This document shows positions 30,997 to 41,524 of a DNA stretch of 64,000 nt, piece after piece (the stretch's first letter is position 1; every line of letters starts with the position of its first letter). The stretch is from Vulcanimicrobiota bacterium (GTDB lineage: Bacteria; Vulcanimicrobiota; Vulcanimicrobiia; Vulcanimicrobiales; Vulcanimicrobiaceae), in assembly GCA_963833095.1 (NCBI GenBank), contig CAWHWQ010000003.1, forward strand, positions 128,001 through 192,000, read 5' to 3'. The notes beneath the pieces were generated by a model, which searched no databases, was not told the DNA's origin, and worked only from the letters and a program-made list of their open reading frames with translations. A program made the translations under genes and the position numbers.

Positions 30997-32301
30997 CTAA
31001 GGGTTGCTGGCTTCTTTATCGGACACCTTGGCGTTATCGACGAGGAACTCGAGCGTCTTATTTCGCACGATGCCCTCCATCAGCGAAACGACGTTATTGC
31101 CCAGCGCCTTGCGAATCCGGTCGATCGGCTGCCCGTATTGGCGCGAGAGGGCCGCAAGTTCTTCAGCAATATCGGCCGGAGTTGCGTTGATGCCTTCCGC
31201 TCGCGCGATCTCCTCGAGTACCAGCGTGCCCTTCACCCGTTGCTCGGCATCGGCGTGAAATGTCTCGCGTAGCTCATCGGCCGTCTTCCCTTGCTCCTGC
31301 AGGTATTCATCGAGGCTCGAACCGCTCTGCGCGACCTGCGCCGCGAGGTCATTGACCATGTTGTCCACCTCACGATCGACCAGGACATCCGGCAGCGGAA
31401 AGTCGTGCGCGTCGACAAGCTTCTCCATCAGCGCGTTGCCGATGGCGCGCCGCGCGCGCGATTGTGCGATCGCGTCCAAGCGCCTGCGCACGTCGACGCG
31501 CAACGCTTCGAGCGTTTCGTTTTCGGAAATGGCCTTTGCAAATTCGTCATCGATGGCCGGAAGTTCGAGTGCCTTTACGTCGTGCACGGTCACCGCAAAC
31601 ACCGCGGTTTTTCCGGCAAGATCTTCCTTTGGGTAATCCGACGGAAAGACGGCTTCAACGCTCTTGGTTTCTCCCGCGCTCATGCCGGCAATTCCCGAGG
31701 CAAAACCGGGGATGAAGCGATTCTCGTCGAGCTCCGTCATTTGGCCGGTGGCCGCCCCACCCTCGAAGGCTACGCCGTCGATTTTGCCCTCATAGTCGAG
31801 CGTCACGACGTCGCCCAACTGCGCGGGTCGCTCCACGGGTACCAGCGTTGCGCGCTCTTTTGCCAGAGCCGAAATGCTGCGCTCTACATCTTCATCCTCG
31901 ATGGCCGGCGCTTCGCGTTCGACTTCGATGCCTTTGTAGTTGCTCAGCTCGATTGCGGGGCGGACGGCGACCGTCGCCTTGAGGCGTGACGGTTTCCCCT
32001 CTTCGGCCGGAAGCAGCTCCATCTTCGGACGGTCGACCGGCAACAATTCGTGTTCCCGAACGGCGCGCGCATAGACCTCGGGGACGACGTCCTCGAGCGC
32101 CTCGCTGGCAATCGTCTCCGACCCATAGGTCTGCTCGAAGACTTTGCGCGGCACTTTCCCGGCCCGGAAGCCGGGCAGCTTCACATTCTTGGCTAGCCGG
32201 CGGAACGCGCGCTCTTGCGCTGCGGCTAACTCTTCGGGGGTGATCGGGATCTCCAACTCCACCTGCGTTGGGGCAAGGCGGGTCAGCGTCGAGGTGCTCA
32301 C
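30997..32301 (-). CDS. tig: Trigger factor
   Basis: PGFRAGKVP ribosome-binding motif, FKBP domain (FIPGF); upstream of clpP. Confidence 0.97.
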   Translation of the reverse strand: MSTSTLTRLAPTQVELEIPITPEELAAAQERAFRRLAKNVKLPGFRAGKVPRKVFEQTYGSETIASEALEDVVPEVYARAVREHELLPVDRPKMELLPAEEGKPSRLKATVAVRPAIELSNYKGIEVEREAPAIEDEDVERSISALAKERATLVPVERPAQLGDVVTLDYEGKIDGVAFEGGAATGQMTELDENRFIPGFASGIAGMSAGETKSVEAVFPSDYPKEDLAGKTAVFAVTVHDVKALELPAIDDEFAKAISENETLEALRVDVRRRLDAIAQSRARRAIGNALMEKLVDAHDFPLPDVLVDREVDNMVNDLAAQVAQSGSSLDEYLQEQGKTADELRETFHADAEQRVKGTLVLEEIARAEGINATPADIAEELAALSRQYGQPIDRIRKALGNNVVSLMEGIVRNKTLEFLVDNAKVSDKEASNP

Positions 32302-32467
32302 GGGTCGCAACGTTCCTTCTGCATTGATTTGGTTGCACAGGACAATAGGAAGGGGCGCTTCGGCGCTACTGCGCCCGCGCCCCGTGTAATCGCGATCCCG
32401 ATTCGGCTCGGGACCTTGGTTTGTTTACGGTCCCGGCCGAACCGGGTTCACTATTCTGAAAAATATG

Positions 32468-32542
32468 TGGAGCGGAAGACGAGATTCGAACTCGCGACCC
32501 TCGCCTTGGCAAGGCGATGCTCTACCACTGAGCTACTTCCGC
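32468..32542 (-). tRNA. tRNA-Gly(GCC)
   Basis: Cloverleaf GCGGAAG...anticodon GCC...GTTCGAATC...CTTCCGC-T-CCA. Confidence 0.97.
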
Positions 32543-32551
32543 ATATCGTTC

Positions 32552-32685
32552 GAGCTCGAATTCGTTCGGTTCGGAGACGCTCGTCGCGAGCCATCCGGGC
32601 TCGCTCCTGCTCCGCTGCCTCCTCGCTCTCGCCATCGTGGCTTCGCTCGCCGGTCAGAGGCTCCTCACCGAACCAATCCTAGCTC
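32552..32685. repeat. Long imperfect hairpin element between tRNA-Leu and tRNA-Gly
   Basis: On -: gagctaggattggttcggtgaggag pairs with ctccgaaccgaacgaattcgagctc; inner hairpins. Confidence 0.65.
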
Positions 32686-32715
32686 TCGCTAGAAACACAT
32701 TTGTCTTGGCGACCT

Positions 32716-32797
32716 TGGGCAAGCAGAGACTCGAACTCTGACGGGTTGCCCCACTGGAACCTAAATCCAGCGCGTCTGCCAGTTCCGCCACTTGCCC
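32716..32797 (-). tRNA. tRNA-Leu(TAG)
   Basis: GGGCAAG acceptor, ctgga-tt-TAG-gt-tccag arm, long variable arm; CCA not encoded. Confidence 0.96.
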
Positions 32798-32860
32798 TTG
32801 GACAGCCGTCCGCGATGCGGCGACCGCTTAGTATAGAACGCGCTCCCCATATTTCCTCCC

Positions 32861-33805
32861 TTATACGGGTGCGGGCTCTTCGAGGAGCGTTCCACCCTGG
32901 ACGATCGGCGCGCGCACCGTCGATTCGTCGACGCTGCGCAGATTCTCAAAGCGCAGCGCCGTCTCCGCATAGATCTCGCCACCGGTGGACATCGGCGCTA
33001 ACGCGTCCTCTTCACGAACGTAATGTGCGCCCGCGACATCGTCAAAGTGGATCGTCCAAGCAACGTTTGTACCGGGGCCGCTCGTGAAGTTCAAGGCATC
33101 TTCGAGTTGCCAGGGCGCAAAGGTCTGCTCGTCGATCCAGGCCTGGCGGATCCGATAGCGACCGGGGTCGCGTGTCGGTGTCAATCCGAGATGATAGCAA
33201 ACATGTCCGTCGATCGTATCCGTACCGATCAACGTGATCGTGTAGTCGCGGTTGTGCGCATACACGGTCGCAATCTCTTCCAAACTGTTCGGCGTGGGCG
33301 ATGGTGTCGGGGTGGCACGCGGATTTGGATCGTGAAACTCTTTGCGGATCTGCGCCACCAACGCTGCAGAGTTAAACGGCGTTGGTGTTGGTGCCGGCAC
33401 GAACGGCGCCATCCCGAATGAATAATTCGGCGCCAGATATGGAACGCCGAGGAAGTCGATCGGGGGCACCGGCTTGTTCAGACGAAAGCCGAGAATACCC
33501 AGGTTGATACCCTTTGCGACGGTGGGATGTGCGCGCTCATAGTCGCTCACCGGATCCAGGTGCGGAATGCCGCTGACCGCGTCGTACTCTGCGGCGTAGC
33601 GTTCGACGCGCTCGTGGCCGCCCTCCGTGACATCGACGGCGATGTCGTAATCGAGCAGCATGGGATAGCTCTGCTCCTGCCAGTACGCGCGCGCGTTGGC
33701 AAAGATCTCATAGGGATCGGGTGCCGCCGACGCGCGCGGCGCAGCCAGCGCACAGAGCGTTGCGAGCGCCGCGAGAACCACGACGCCGTTACGCGTGAGG
33801 GGCAC
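32861..33805 (-). CDS. Secreted hypothetical protein, possibly LolA/RseB-like beta fold
   Basis: Signal peptide, PTPTP linkers, DTIDGHVCYHLGLTP...AWIDEQTF. Confidence 0.7.
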   Translation of the reverse strand: MPLTRNGVVVLAALATLCALAAPRASAAPDPYEIFANARAYWQEQSYPMLLDYDIAVDVTEGGHERVERYAAEYDAVSGIPHLDPVSDYERAHPTVAKGINLGILGFRLNKPVPPIDFLGVPYLAPNYSFGMAPFVPAPTPTPFNSAALVAQIRKEFHDPNPRATPTPSPTPNSLEEIATVYAHNRDYTITLIGTDTIDGHVCYHLGLTPTRDPGRYRIRQAWIDEQTFAPWQLEDALNFTSGPGTNVAWTIHFDDVAGAHYVREEDALAPMSTGGEIYAETALRFENLRSVDESTVRAPIVQGGTLLEEPAPV

Positions 33806-34688
33806 TCGTTACCGGTTGATTGTTTGCGCTCAGTGCGAGATACGCGCCGACAACGTCGCGATCGCCAAGACCCGCTTGCAACGCGCTGTCCCATTGCGCC
33901 CCAATCGCTTGCACCATCGGCAGCCGTTGGTGCGCGAGATTTGCGGCATCGAGCGCGAGGTGAAGGTCCTTCGCCGCTAGGGCCAGCGCAAAGTCGGCAT
34001 CGAACGCGCTGCGCTCGATCTTCTCGAGTTTGGCCAGCGCCCAAGGTGCGCCCAGCGCGGTCGAGCCGAGACACCCCGACACGTCGTCGAGCGAAACATC
34101 CAGCGACTGCGCCAGTCGCGCGGTTTCCGCGATGCCTTCGCCAAGGACCGCGAGCCACGTGTTGAGCACAACCTTCATACGAGAGCCGCTTCCGACGAGT
34201 TCCCATCGCATCGTCTTTTGCCCCAACGCCGAGAACACGGGCGCGAGCGCATCCAGCGCCGTAGCCGGTCCTGACGCGAGGATCAACAGCTTTCCTTGTT
34301 CGGCCGGCACCTTTGAGCCCGATACCGGTGCATCGACGAACACGATGTCCGGCCGGCGTTCCTTGGCAAGCGCAAATGCGCGCTGGGTCCCCTCGACACC
34401 GATCGTGCTCATCTGCAGCCATATCGAGCCGGGGCGCATCGCCGGCAACACTCCCGGCATGGTCTCCTCGATCGAAGCGATCGTCGGTACCATCGTGAGG
34501 ACGACGTCGGCGTCGCGAACCGCGTCCTCGGGTGTCGCACCCGCCGTAGCGCCCACATCTGCGAGGCGGGCGGCTGACGCCGGAGTCGGATCCCACACGC
34601 TCACTCGCATTCCCGCGCCGAGCAGCCTCCGCGCGAATGCCGACCCCATCGTGCCCGTGCCCAGAACGGCAATGGTTTGAATGCTCAT
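33789..34688 (-). CDS. NAD(P)-dependent oxidoreductase, 3-hydroxyisobutyrate dehydrogenase family
   Basis: GTGTMG, DAPVSGS, catalytic K in MKVVLN, KDL. Confidence 0.92.
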   Translation of the reverse strand: MSIQTIAVLGTGTMGSAFARRLLGAGMRVSVWDPTPASAARLADVGATAGATPEDAVRDADVVLTMVPTIASIEETMPGVLPAMRPGSIWLQMSTIGVEGTQRAFALAKERRPDIVFVDAPVSGSKVPAEQGKLLILASGPATALDALAPVFSALGQKTMRWELVGSGSRMKVVLNTWLAVLGEGIAETARLAQSLDVSLDDVSGCLGSTALGAPWALAKLEKIERSAFDADFALALAAKDLHLALDAANLAHQRLPMVQAIGAQWDSALQAGLGDRDVVGAYLALSANNQPVTSAPHA

Positions 34689-34720
34689 CTCACGCTACCT
34701 CGTCGTGACATTGTAGCGCA

Positions 34721-34756
34721 AAAAGGCCCGCGGCTTTCCAAGCAACCACGGACCTT
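34721..34756 (-). terminator. Intrinsic terminator after the tRNA-Lys pair
   Basis: aggtccgtggtt/agccgcgggcct stem followed by a T run on -. Confidence 0.75.
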
Positions 34757-34760
34757 GAAT

Positions 34761-34835
<75 letters not shown>

Positions 34836-34842
34836 AAGCTTT

Positions 34843-34915
34843 TGCGCCCTCCGGGACTCGAACCCGGGACCAACGGATTAAAAGTCCGCTGCTCTACCGA
34901 CTGAGCTAAAGGCGC
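34843..34915 (-). tRNA. tRNA-Lys(TTT)
   Basis: Cloverleaf, gcgga-ct-TTT-aa-tccgt; CCA not encoded. Confidence 0.96.
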
Positions 34916-35056
34916 TTATTCCGCCTCCCGCTCCGCGGTCGGTCGCACATCCTGTGCTCGGAAATTGTTGCCGCTTCCTGCGGCAACGTTCCCGCATCCC
35001 GCGGAAACGCTTAGGACCAGGGCATTGTAGCGTTAGCGGCCCCGGTTCGCAACCCC

Positions 35057-37852
35057 TTACGCCGATGCGGAGCGCGCGATGCGCCCGAGCACGTCGGGAT
35101 AACGTTCGCTGATCTCCACCGGCGTAAGTGCCGGCGCGAAAAGAAAACCTTGCCCAAGCCGGCAACCGGCATTGCGCAACAGCTCGCACTGCTCCGCGGT
35201 CTCCACACCTTCGGCGACAATCGCGTACGTCGTAGGCTTCCGCCAGCGAGATCAACGTTCGCACGATCGGCTCGCTGGCCAACCTTCCATCGAGCCGCTC
35301 ACGAACGACCGCGTCGATCTTGATCGCGTCGACCTCAAACTGCTGCAAATATCGCAGCGACGAATATCCGGTTCCGAAGTCATCGATGCAGATCTTGAAC
35401 CCGCGTTCGCGCATGCGCCCGATAGTCGTGAGTTTGCGCGCGTCGCCGCATCGAGCACGACGCTCTCGGTGATCTCGAGCGTCAAACTCGGACGGATCGA
35501 GCCCATGATGCTCGACAATTTGCACCAACGTTCGTTCGAAGTCGGGATCGCTGAGCTCGCTTGCCGAGACGTTGACGTGCATCCCGAAGTTTAGGCGTTC
35601 CGTGTCGATTGCGTTTCCAGGCCGCGACCTGCTCGGATGCCGTCTGCAGCACGAAGCGCCCGAGGGTTACCGCAAGCCCGGTCTGTTCGGCCAGTCGGGA
35701 TGAATTCGCTCGGTGAAAGGAGGCCGCGCGTCGGGTGATCCCAGCGGATCAGCGCCTCGCACGCCAGACCGCGCGCCGTCGTGAAGCGCAACGATCGGCT
35801 GATACAGCATGCGAAATTCGCGTCGCTCCAGCTCCCAGACGCAAATCGCTAATGAGCTGCAGCCGCTTCTCGGCCCGCTGGTGCATGGTGGAATCGAAGA
35901 GTGCGAACCGCGCGCCACCGCTCGATTTAGCGTGCTGCATGGCGATCTCCGCATCGCGCGTCACGTCCTCGGCACGCTCGTATGCTCGACGATCCGACGG
36001 CGATTCCGATGCTTGCGCTGATAAAGATCGAGCGTGAGCCGATCTGGATCGATTTAGAAAGGTTGTTCAGAATGCGACGCGCGATCGATTCGACGTGAAT
36101 AATGTCGCCGAGCGACGCGAGGAGCACCGCAAACTCATCGCCCCCCAAGCGCGCCACGATGTCGCGCGCATCGACCGCCGAGCGCAGACGCCCGCGCAAT
36201 CTGCGTGAGGACGACGTCGCCTGCAGCGTGACCGAGCGATTCATTGACTCCTTGAAATGCTCCAAGTCGATGAATAATACTGCGAAGAACGAGTCGAGCA
36301 ATGCACCCGCTTCCGCGAAACGCCGCGCAGACAATCCTCGAACAACGCGCGGTTTGGCAGTCCGGTAAGTCCGTCATGCGTTTTCTGTGCTGGATTCGCC
36401 GCTCGCTGTGCTTGAGTTCGGTCTTATCGCGGAACATACAGATGGCAAAGCGCGCATGTTTGTTCTCGTCATTGACGATCGAGACGGTTGCGTCGGTCCA
36501 GACTTCTTGGCCGGACGCGGAACGCGCCTGCTGCTCGAATTCGAACGTCTCGCGTTCGCCCGCCGCAGAGCGACTCGAGCTCTTGCTGCGTGTCCTTCGA
36601 TCGCGGTCACGATCGTATCGCCGAACATCGTGCGATAGACGTCGTTTGCGTCCATAACGTTACCGGTACGATCGACCACCGCAATGCCGATTGCCGCGCC
36701 GTCGAAGACAGTGCGAAACTGGGCTTCGGTCAACCGTAGTGCTTCTTCGGCGTCTTGACGCGCAAGCTCCGCCTGGAGACGCGCAGCCTCTCGAAGCGCC
36801 TCGCGCAAAAGTGCGCGATCGCGACGCGCGATCAATTGCGCGACGGTTACCATTATCCCGACGACTAAAATCGCGCCGAGCACGAAGGCCAGATATAAGT
36901 AGCGATTCCGCTCCGCCTGAATCCGCCCGCGCGCTGCTAAGCTGGCGTCGAGCATCCTTCCTGAAAGCGCGTACACCGCTTTGGTAGCGTCGATCGCGCG
37001 AGCAGCGCTCTGATGGAGTACCGCGGCAGAGATCATCGGCCTTGGCTGGAGCATGACGTTGTGAACGACCAGGTCGAGGAAGCCTTCGCCGGCTGCGTCC
37101 ATCCGTTGCGCGAGCGCCGGGATGGCTTCCCATTGCGCGCGTTGGCCCGGCGCCAGTTCATTGAGGTTCGTGACGGCAGCCGGAAGCTGGTCCCGCGAGA
37201 GGTCAAAGGACTCGCGCAGGTTCATGAGATTCCCCGCGGCATCCAGCCGTTCGGACAGGCTCATGCCGTGCTGCTGCAGCGCCAAAGCGCTGATGCTCTC
37301 CAGACGGCGCGTGCCCGAGAGGCCGGAAACAGTGCCTTGCATGTACACGTCGGCCAGGTTCTGCGCGACGGTGCTGGGATCGTAACTGAGTCCCGAGCGA
37401 TCCTCGAGCGAAGAAAGTAACTCAGCGATCGCGTTCATCGTTGGGCGCATCTTCGCAAGCGTATCGGGGCCGCCGTTGAGCACGCGAGCATTTTCCCAGG
37501 CGCGATCGATGGCGTTCCATTGCGCTTGCAGCCGGAACATCGCTGCGCTGCCGCTCACGAAGTCGCGATGTAACGCGTCCAGGCGCGCTTGCGCGAGATC
37601 GCGCTTCCGCGCAACGTCGGGCGAACGCAGCATCAATGCTTGGCGATAATCGTCGAGCGCATCGAGCGATGCCTGAATGTGGGACGTTTCGGTGACGGCG
37701 ACGCGCTCGCGCGTGAGCGAGTCGCGGCTCAGTCCAGCTTCGTTGCCGAGCCGGAAGATTTGAAAGAGCACAACGGCCAGTAAGACTCCCGCCAGCGCCG
37801 TGACGACGATGCCCAACGCATCGCTAGGGCCTGGTCTTTGACTGGCTTCACG
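35057..37852 (-). CDS. Membrane sensor-PAS-GGDEF-EAL protein, heavily frameshifted
   Basis: Two TM helices around a helical sensor domain, PAS, RLGGDEF, EALIRW, DDFGTGYSSL; ends approximate. Confidence 0.85.
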
Positions 37853-37910
37853 GGTCCATCTAAAGAAGCCACGTTCTCGCTTGGGGGCCAAGCACTCCCG
37901 CCGTCGCTCA

Positions 37911-37948
37911 GAAAGGGAAGAGCCCGATCGCGATTTGCGGACGGGCTC
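37911..37948 (-). terminator. Probable terminator after the tRNA Pro-Arg-His operon
   Basis: gagcccg/cgggctc stem followed by ttccctttc on -. Confidence 0.6.
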
Positions 37949-37958
37949 ATCTATTGAT

Positions 37959-38036
37959 TGGGGTGACTGAGGGGACTCGAACCCCCGGCCTCCGGATTCA
38001 CAGACAGGCGCTCTAACCAACTGAGCTACAATCACC
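37959..38036 (-). tRNA. tRNA-His(GTG)
   Basis: G-1, C73 discriminator, GTG anticodon, CCA; two mismatches in the anticodon stem. Confidence 0.9.
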
Positions 38037-38058
38037 ATATTGGCCGGGGCCGATGCTT

Positions 38059-38132
<74 letters not shown>

Positions 38133-38181
38133 ATAGTCAGCGGCGCGGGTACCCTGGCTAGGATACCACGCGCCTGCAAAT

Positions 38182-38260
38182 TGGTCGGGGCGACAGGATT
38201 TGAACCTGCGGATCCTCTCGCTCCCAAAGCGAGCGCTCTACCAAGCTGAGCTACGCCCCG
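38182..38260 (-). tRNA. tRNA-Pro(TGG)
   Basis: CGGGGCG acceptor, ctcgc-tt-TGG-ga-gcgag arm, CCA. Confidence 0.95.
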
Positions 38261-38690
38261 ATACCCTTGTCTTTATACCATCCGAAGTCAACGGCGGTCT
38301 TTCGGCGATGGCAGTTTGCACAGCGAACTACGCATTTTGCCATCTCGGCTTCTATCCGCTGCCAGCTTGCGCCCCGACCTACCAAATTACTGATGTTCGC
38401 CGTCTTGGTTCCAGGCGCGCGATCAAAGTCGAGCACCCGGATATCGCCTTCACCGCAGTCTACGCAAGGATGTTCCTTGAGGTAAGCCGTCATCAGTATA
38501 CGATTGCGCTTTTTGTATCTCCTCGTATTTACACATCGCCTACGGTTATGCAGCTCAAAGTTCGCAAATAGTGGGCACGACAGTAAATGCGTTGACATTC
38601 TCTGCAATAGGCACTCGGATTCGTTCCTTTAGGGCGTTTTGCAAATGCGTCGAGCGGCAGCACTTCCTTACACATCGGACATCTCTTCAT
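38251..38690 (-). CDS. HNH endonuclease-like protein with N-terminal zinc finger (one frameshift near 38568; possible pseudogene)
   Basis: CPMC..CREC finger, then CVDCG...LDFDR...KCVVRCANCHRRKT; visibly AT-richer; stop codon lies inside tRNA-Pro. Confidence 0.8.
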
Positions 38691-38731
38691 GCGATGATAA
38701 TCGCATGCACGAATGCCACCTGGGTGGCAAT

Positions 38732-39589
38732 TTAAAATGCCAACGCGTGAAATCCGACGTAACGTGACAGATCGATCTGCGGCAGATCCGTCGCAAAGAT
38801 GCGAACGTGATCGAGTTGCAGTCCGATGCGCACCGCCGCGCGCATCACGCGCACGTTGCTGCCTGGCACAAGCGCTTGGCACCATGACGCACCATAGGTT
38901 CGCCGCAGCGCGACAAGAGCAAAGCCGAAGAACTGCGTCAGGTATGCGCCCGACGACGCGACCATCGGACCAATACGCCCGTCGGGCCACACATAGACGT
39001 AGCCGACACATTCATCATTGAGTAAGAGCAGCGTGCCGGTCGCGAGCTGCGCAAAGCTCGCATGATCGTTCGGCCGCGCGCTCCCGCGCGCGTCGCGGTC
39101 GAGTGAAGCCAAGAGCCCGGCATGTGCCTGCGGGTCGATCGGCATTGTCGCGAAGCGATAGTCGCCTGCCGCCATCGGCATCAGCTCTTCTTCCTTTGGA
39201 ATCTCGCCGGCGATGCGCAGCACCGGCGCGTGCAGAGCGACACCGAGCCGAAGGAAGAATGCCATGCCGTCGGTGTTGGCTACGTCGAGGAGTCCCGACC
39301 GCGAGACGTCGCCGGCGTCGCGCGCCACCTCGCGCAGAAGGCGCGATCCAATCCCCTGTCTGCGAAACGACGGCTCAACAAACAGCTCGCTGAGGAACCA
39401 CTCGTCTTCGAGCGCATGTGCAAACCCAATCGCGATCGGCGTACCTTCGTCGCGCGCGACCCACGCGCCGCGCGGCGCGCTGTCGGCGAGATTGACGTAG
39501 AGCTGCCGGCTACTCTCGTCCGGCCAGCGCCGCGCCGCGAGCGCGCGCACGTCGGCCTCGCTTGCGGCGGCAATCTGCGGCTCGGTCAT
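38732..39589 (-). CDS. GNAT family N-acetyltransferase (tandem GNAT)
   Basis: LFVEPSFRRQGIGSRLL acetyl-CoA motif; GRIGP in the second domain. Confidence 0.85.
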   Translation of the reverse strand: MTEPQIAAASEADVRALAARRWPDESSRQLYVNLADSAPRGAWVARDEGTPIAIGFAHALEDEWFLSELFVEPSFRRQGIGSRLLREVARDAGDVSRSGLLDVANTDGMAFFLRLGVALHAPVLRIAGEIPKEEELMPMAAGDYRFATMPIDPQAHAGLLASLDRDARGSARPNDHASFAQLATGTLLLLNDECVGYVYVWPDGRIGPMVASSGAYLTQFFGFALVALRRTYGASWCQALVPGSNVRVMRAAVRIGLQLDHVRIFATDLPQIDLSRYVGFHALAF

Positions 39590-40179
39590 TGCGGCAGCGC
39601 ATCGAGCAGTGCACGTGCCGCTCGTCCGCGGTGGCTAAGTTGATTCTTCTCGTGCTCGGGAATCTGTCCGAACGTCTTACCGATCGGCGGATAATAAAAG
39701 AGCGGATCGTAGCCAAAGCCGTTTTCGCCGCGAAGTTCCTTCGCGATCTCGCCGCGCACGTCGCCCTGGACGACGATCTCGCGATCATCCGGCAAGATGA
39801 GCGCCATTACGCAGATGAACCGCGCACCGCGACCGCTGTCTTCGTGTGCAGCAACCTCGCGCATCATCGTTGCGAGCCGTTCCGGCCATGGCGTCCCGGC
39901 GCCCGCATACACCGCCGAATCTACCCCAGGACCGCCGCCGAGCGCGTCCAGCTCGATACCCGAATCATCTGCCAGCACCGCCACATCGCTGATCCCCGCG
40001 TCACGCAACTGCGAACGCAACGCGCGAGCTTTGAGCAGCGCGTTGTCGACGTAGCTCTCGTGCCCTTCGTCGGGATCCCGATATCCAGCGTACGTGTGGA
40101 GATCGAGCGGCGACCCCGCGAGCATCGTGCGAATCTCCGCCAGCTTCCCCTCATTTTTAGTCGCGAGGTAGGTTATCAT
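39586..40179 (-). CDS. rdgB: Non-canonical purine NTP pyrophosphatase
   Basis: ATKNEGK, LADDSG, GFGYDPLF, SHRGRA. Confidence 0.96.
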   Translation of the reverse strand: MITYLATKNEGKLAEIRTMLAGSPLDLHTYAGYRDPDEGHESYVDNALLKARALRSQLRDAGISDVAVLADDSGIELDALGGGPGVDSAVYAGAGTPWPERLATMMREVAAHEDSGRGARFICVMALILPDDREIVVQGDVRGEIAKELRGENGFGYDPLFYYPPIGKTFGQIPEHEKNQLSHRGRAARALLDALPQ

Positions 40180-41489
40180 TGGGAATTCCAATCTACGGAG
40201 CCGTCAGGACGAAATAGCACCGCGGTAAAGCCCTCACCGTAGCCGTAGTCACTCTTCGGAAAAACGGGAATCCGACGCGCCAAATTTGGGGGAAATGCGC
40301 TCGACACGAAGCCCGCGTCAGCTTGAGCAAGGAGCGTGTCGCCGTTCGGGAAGAGGAACCATGTTGCGACGGCATTGCCGTCCTTGACGCCGACAAACCT
40401 TGCCAGAGTCGATGATCCGAGCTCGGCACGCAGTCGCTTCGCCGTGTGAACGTAACCGTTCCTATTCATGAGTCCAGAGTATCCGCTGTCTTGACGGGCG
40501 CCCGACTGGACGTCAATGGTGTAACCATGAACCCGGCCCAAGATAGCGGTAAGGACGACCGAGTCGCCAACGGTTAGAAGCACTATCCGCTTCTCGCGCA
40601 GTAAGGCTAGAAATCGGTCCGGGTACGTCTGTCGTTCATCGTAAATACGGTACCGGATCCCCGGCGTGCCTCGGAGCGAAACAAAACCGTTCCAGAATCC
40701 TCTATCGACTCTGCATTGCGCGACGAGCATGTCCAGCGACAATGCAAGCTTTTGCGCCGCATCACATGCGACGCCGTCGCGCTCGACCGCATCGGTGACC
40801 CCGGGCCCTCGCGCGAGATCGTCTGCCCACTTGCTAACAATGGAGTCTCCGTTTAGCTCGCTTCGTAACACGGCCTCGGTCGGCAAGAGGCCGGCAATCG
40901 CTCTCGAAAGAGACGGCTCCCAAGTATGGACCAGGGAACCGTTACGCTCGATCTCTAGCGGCACGCAATAAGGCTGCTGCGATCCCGACGAAATACGAAT
41001 CACACCTGTCGGTTCGGTAACATCGATCTGGAGCTGCGGATAATAGTCACTGATTGTGACCTTCGGCAGCAGCCAGCTGCGCGCGTACCAATCGTCTAAA
41101 GCTTTCGTGTCTAAAAAGGAGTTGCTGAACACTTTCGCCGCCGATGGAATAAAGCGCGCGTCGCCTAGCGCGTATTCCGCCATGTCGGGCTCCTCTGCTC
41201 GCAGTGTGCCAGCGTCAATGGCCATTCCGCCGAAGTCGAACGTAGCCGTCGGCGGTTGCGAAAGCGCTTCCACGAACGCCGTTACGGCGTCCGCCGAAAC
41301 GCGCGTGCCGTCGGTACGCTCGAACCGTCCCAAATGGGGCGTTATCGTCGTCTGATAGTTTGCACCGGGACCAAGGCCCCCGACAGAGATCCGAATGGCG
41401 ATCGACGTGACCTCGGGTGCGTACACCGTGGGCCGTTCACCGGCGGCGATGCACAGCAAGAATGTAGTCGCGCACACGAGCGTCTTCAT
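40176..41489 (-). CDS. Secreted hypothetical protein
   Basis: 437-aa ORF filling the lepA-rdgB gap, signal-like N-terminus, ATGA-coupled to rdgB; no family recognised. Confidence 0.7.
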   Translation of the reverse strand: MKTLVCATTFLLCIAAGERPTVYAPEVTSIAIRISVGGLGPGANYQTTITPHLGRFERTDGTRVSADAVTAFVEALSQPPTATFDFGGMAIDAGTLRAEEPDMAEYALGDARFIPSAAKVFSNSFLDTKALDDWYARSWLLPKVTISDYYPQLQIDVTEPTGVIRISSGSQQPYCVPLEIERNGSLVHTWEPSLSRAIAGLLPTEAVLRSELNGDSIVSKWADDLARGPGVTDAVERDGVACDAAQKLALSLDMLVAQCRVDRGFWNGFVSLRGTPGIRYRIYDERQTYPDRFLALLREKRIVLLTVGDSVVLTAILGRVHGYTIDVQSGARQDSGYSGLMNRNGYVHTAKRLRAELGSSTLARFVGVKDGNAVATWFLFPNGDTLLAQADAGFVSSAFPPNLARRIPVFPKSDYGYGEGFTAVLFRPDGSVDWNSQ

Positions 41490-41524
41490 GACGAGCTATC
41501 GATCTTCACGCCTCGCGCGTGACG

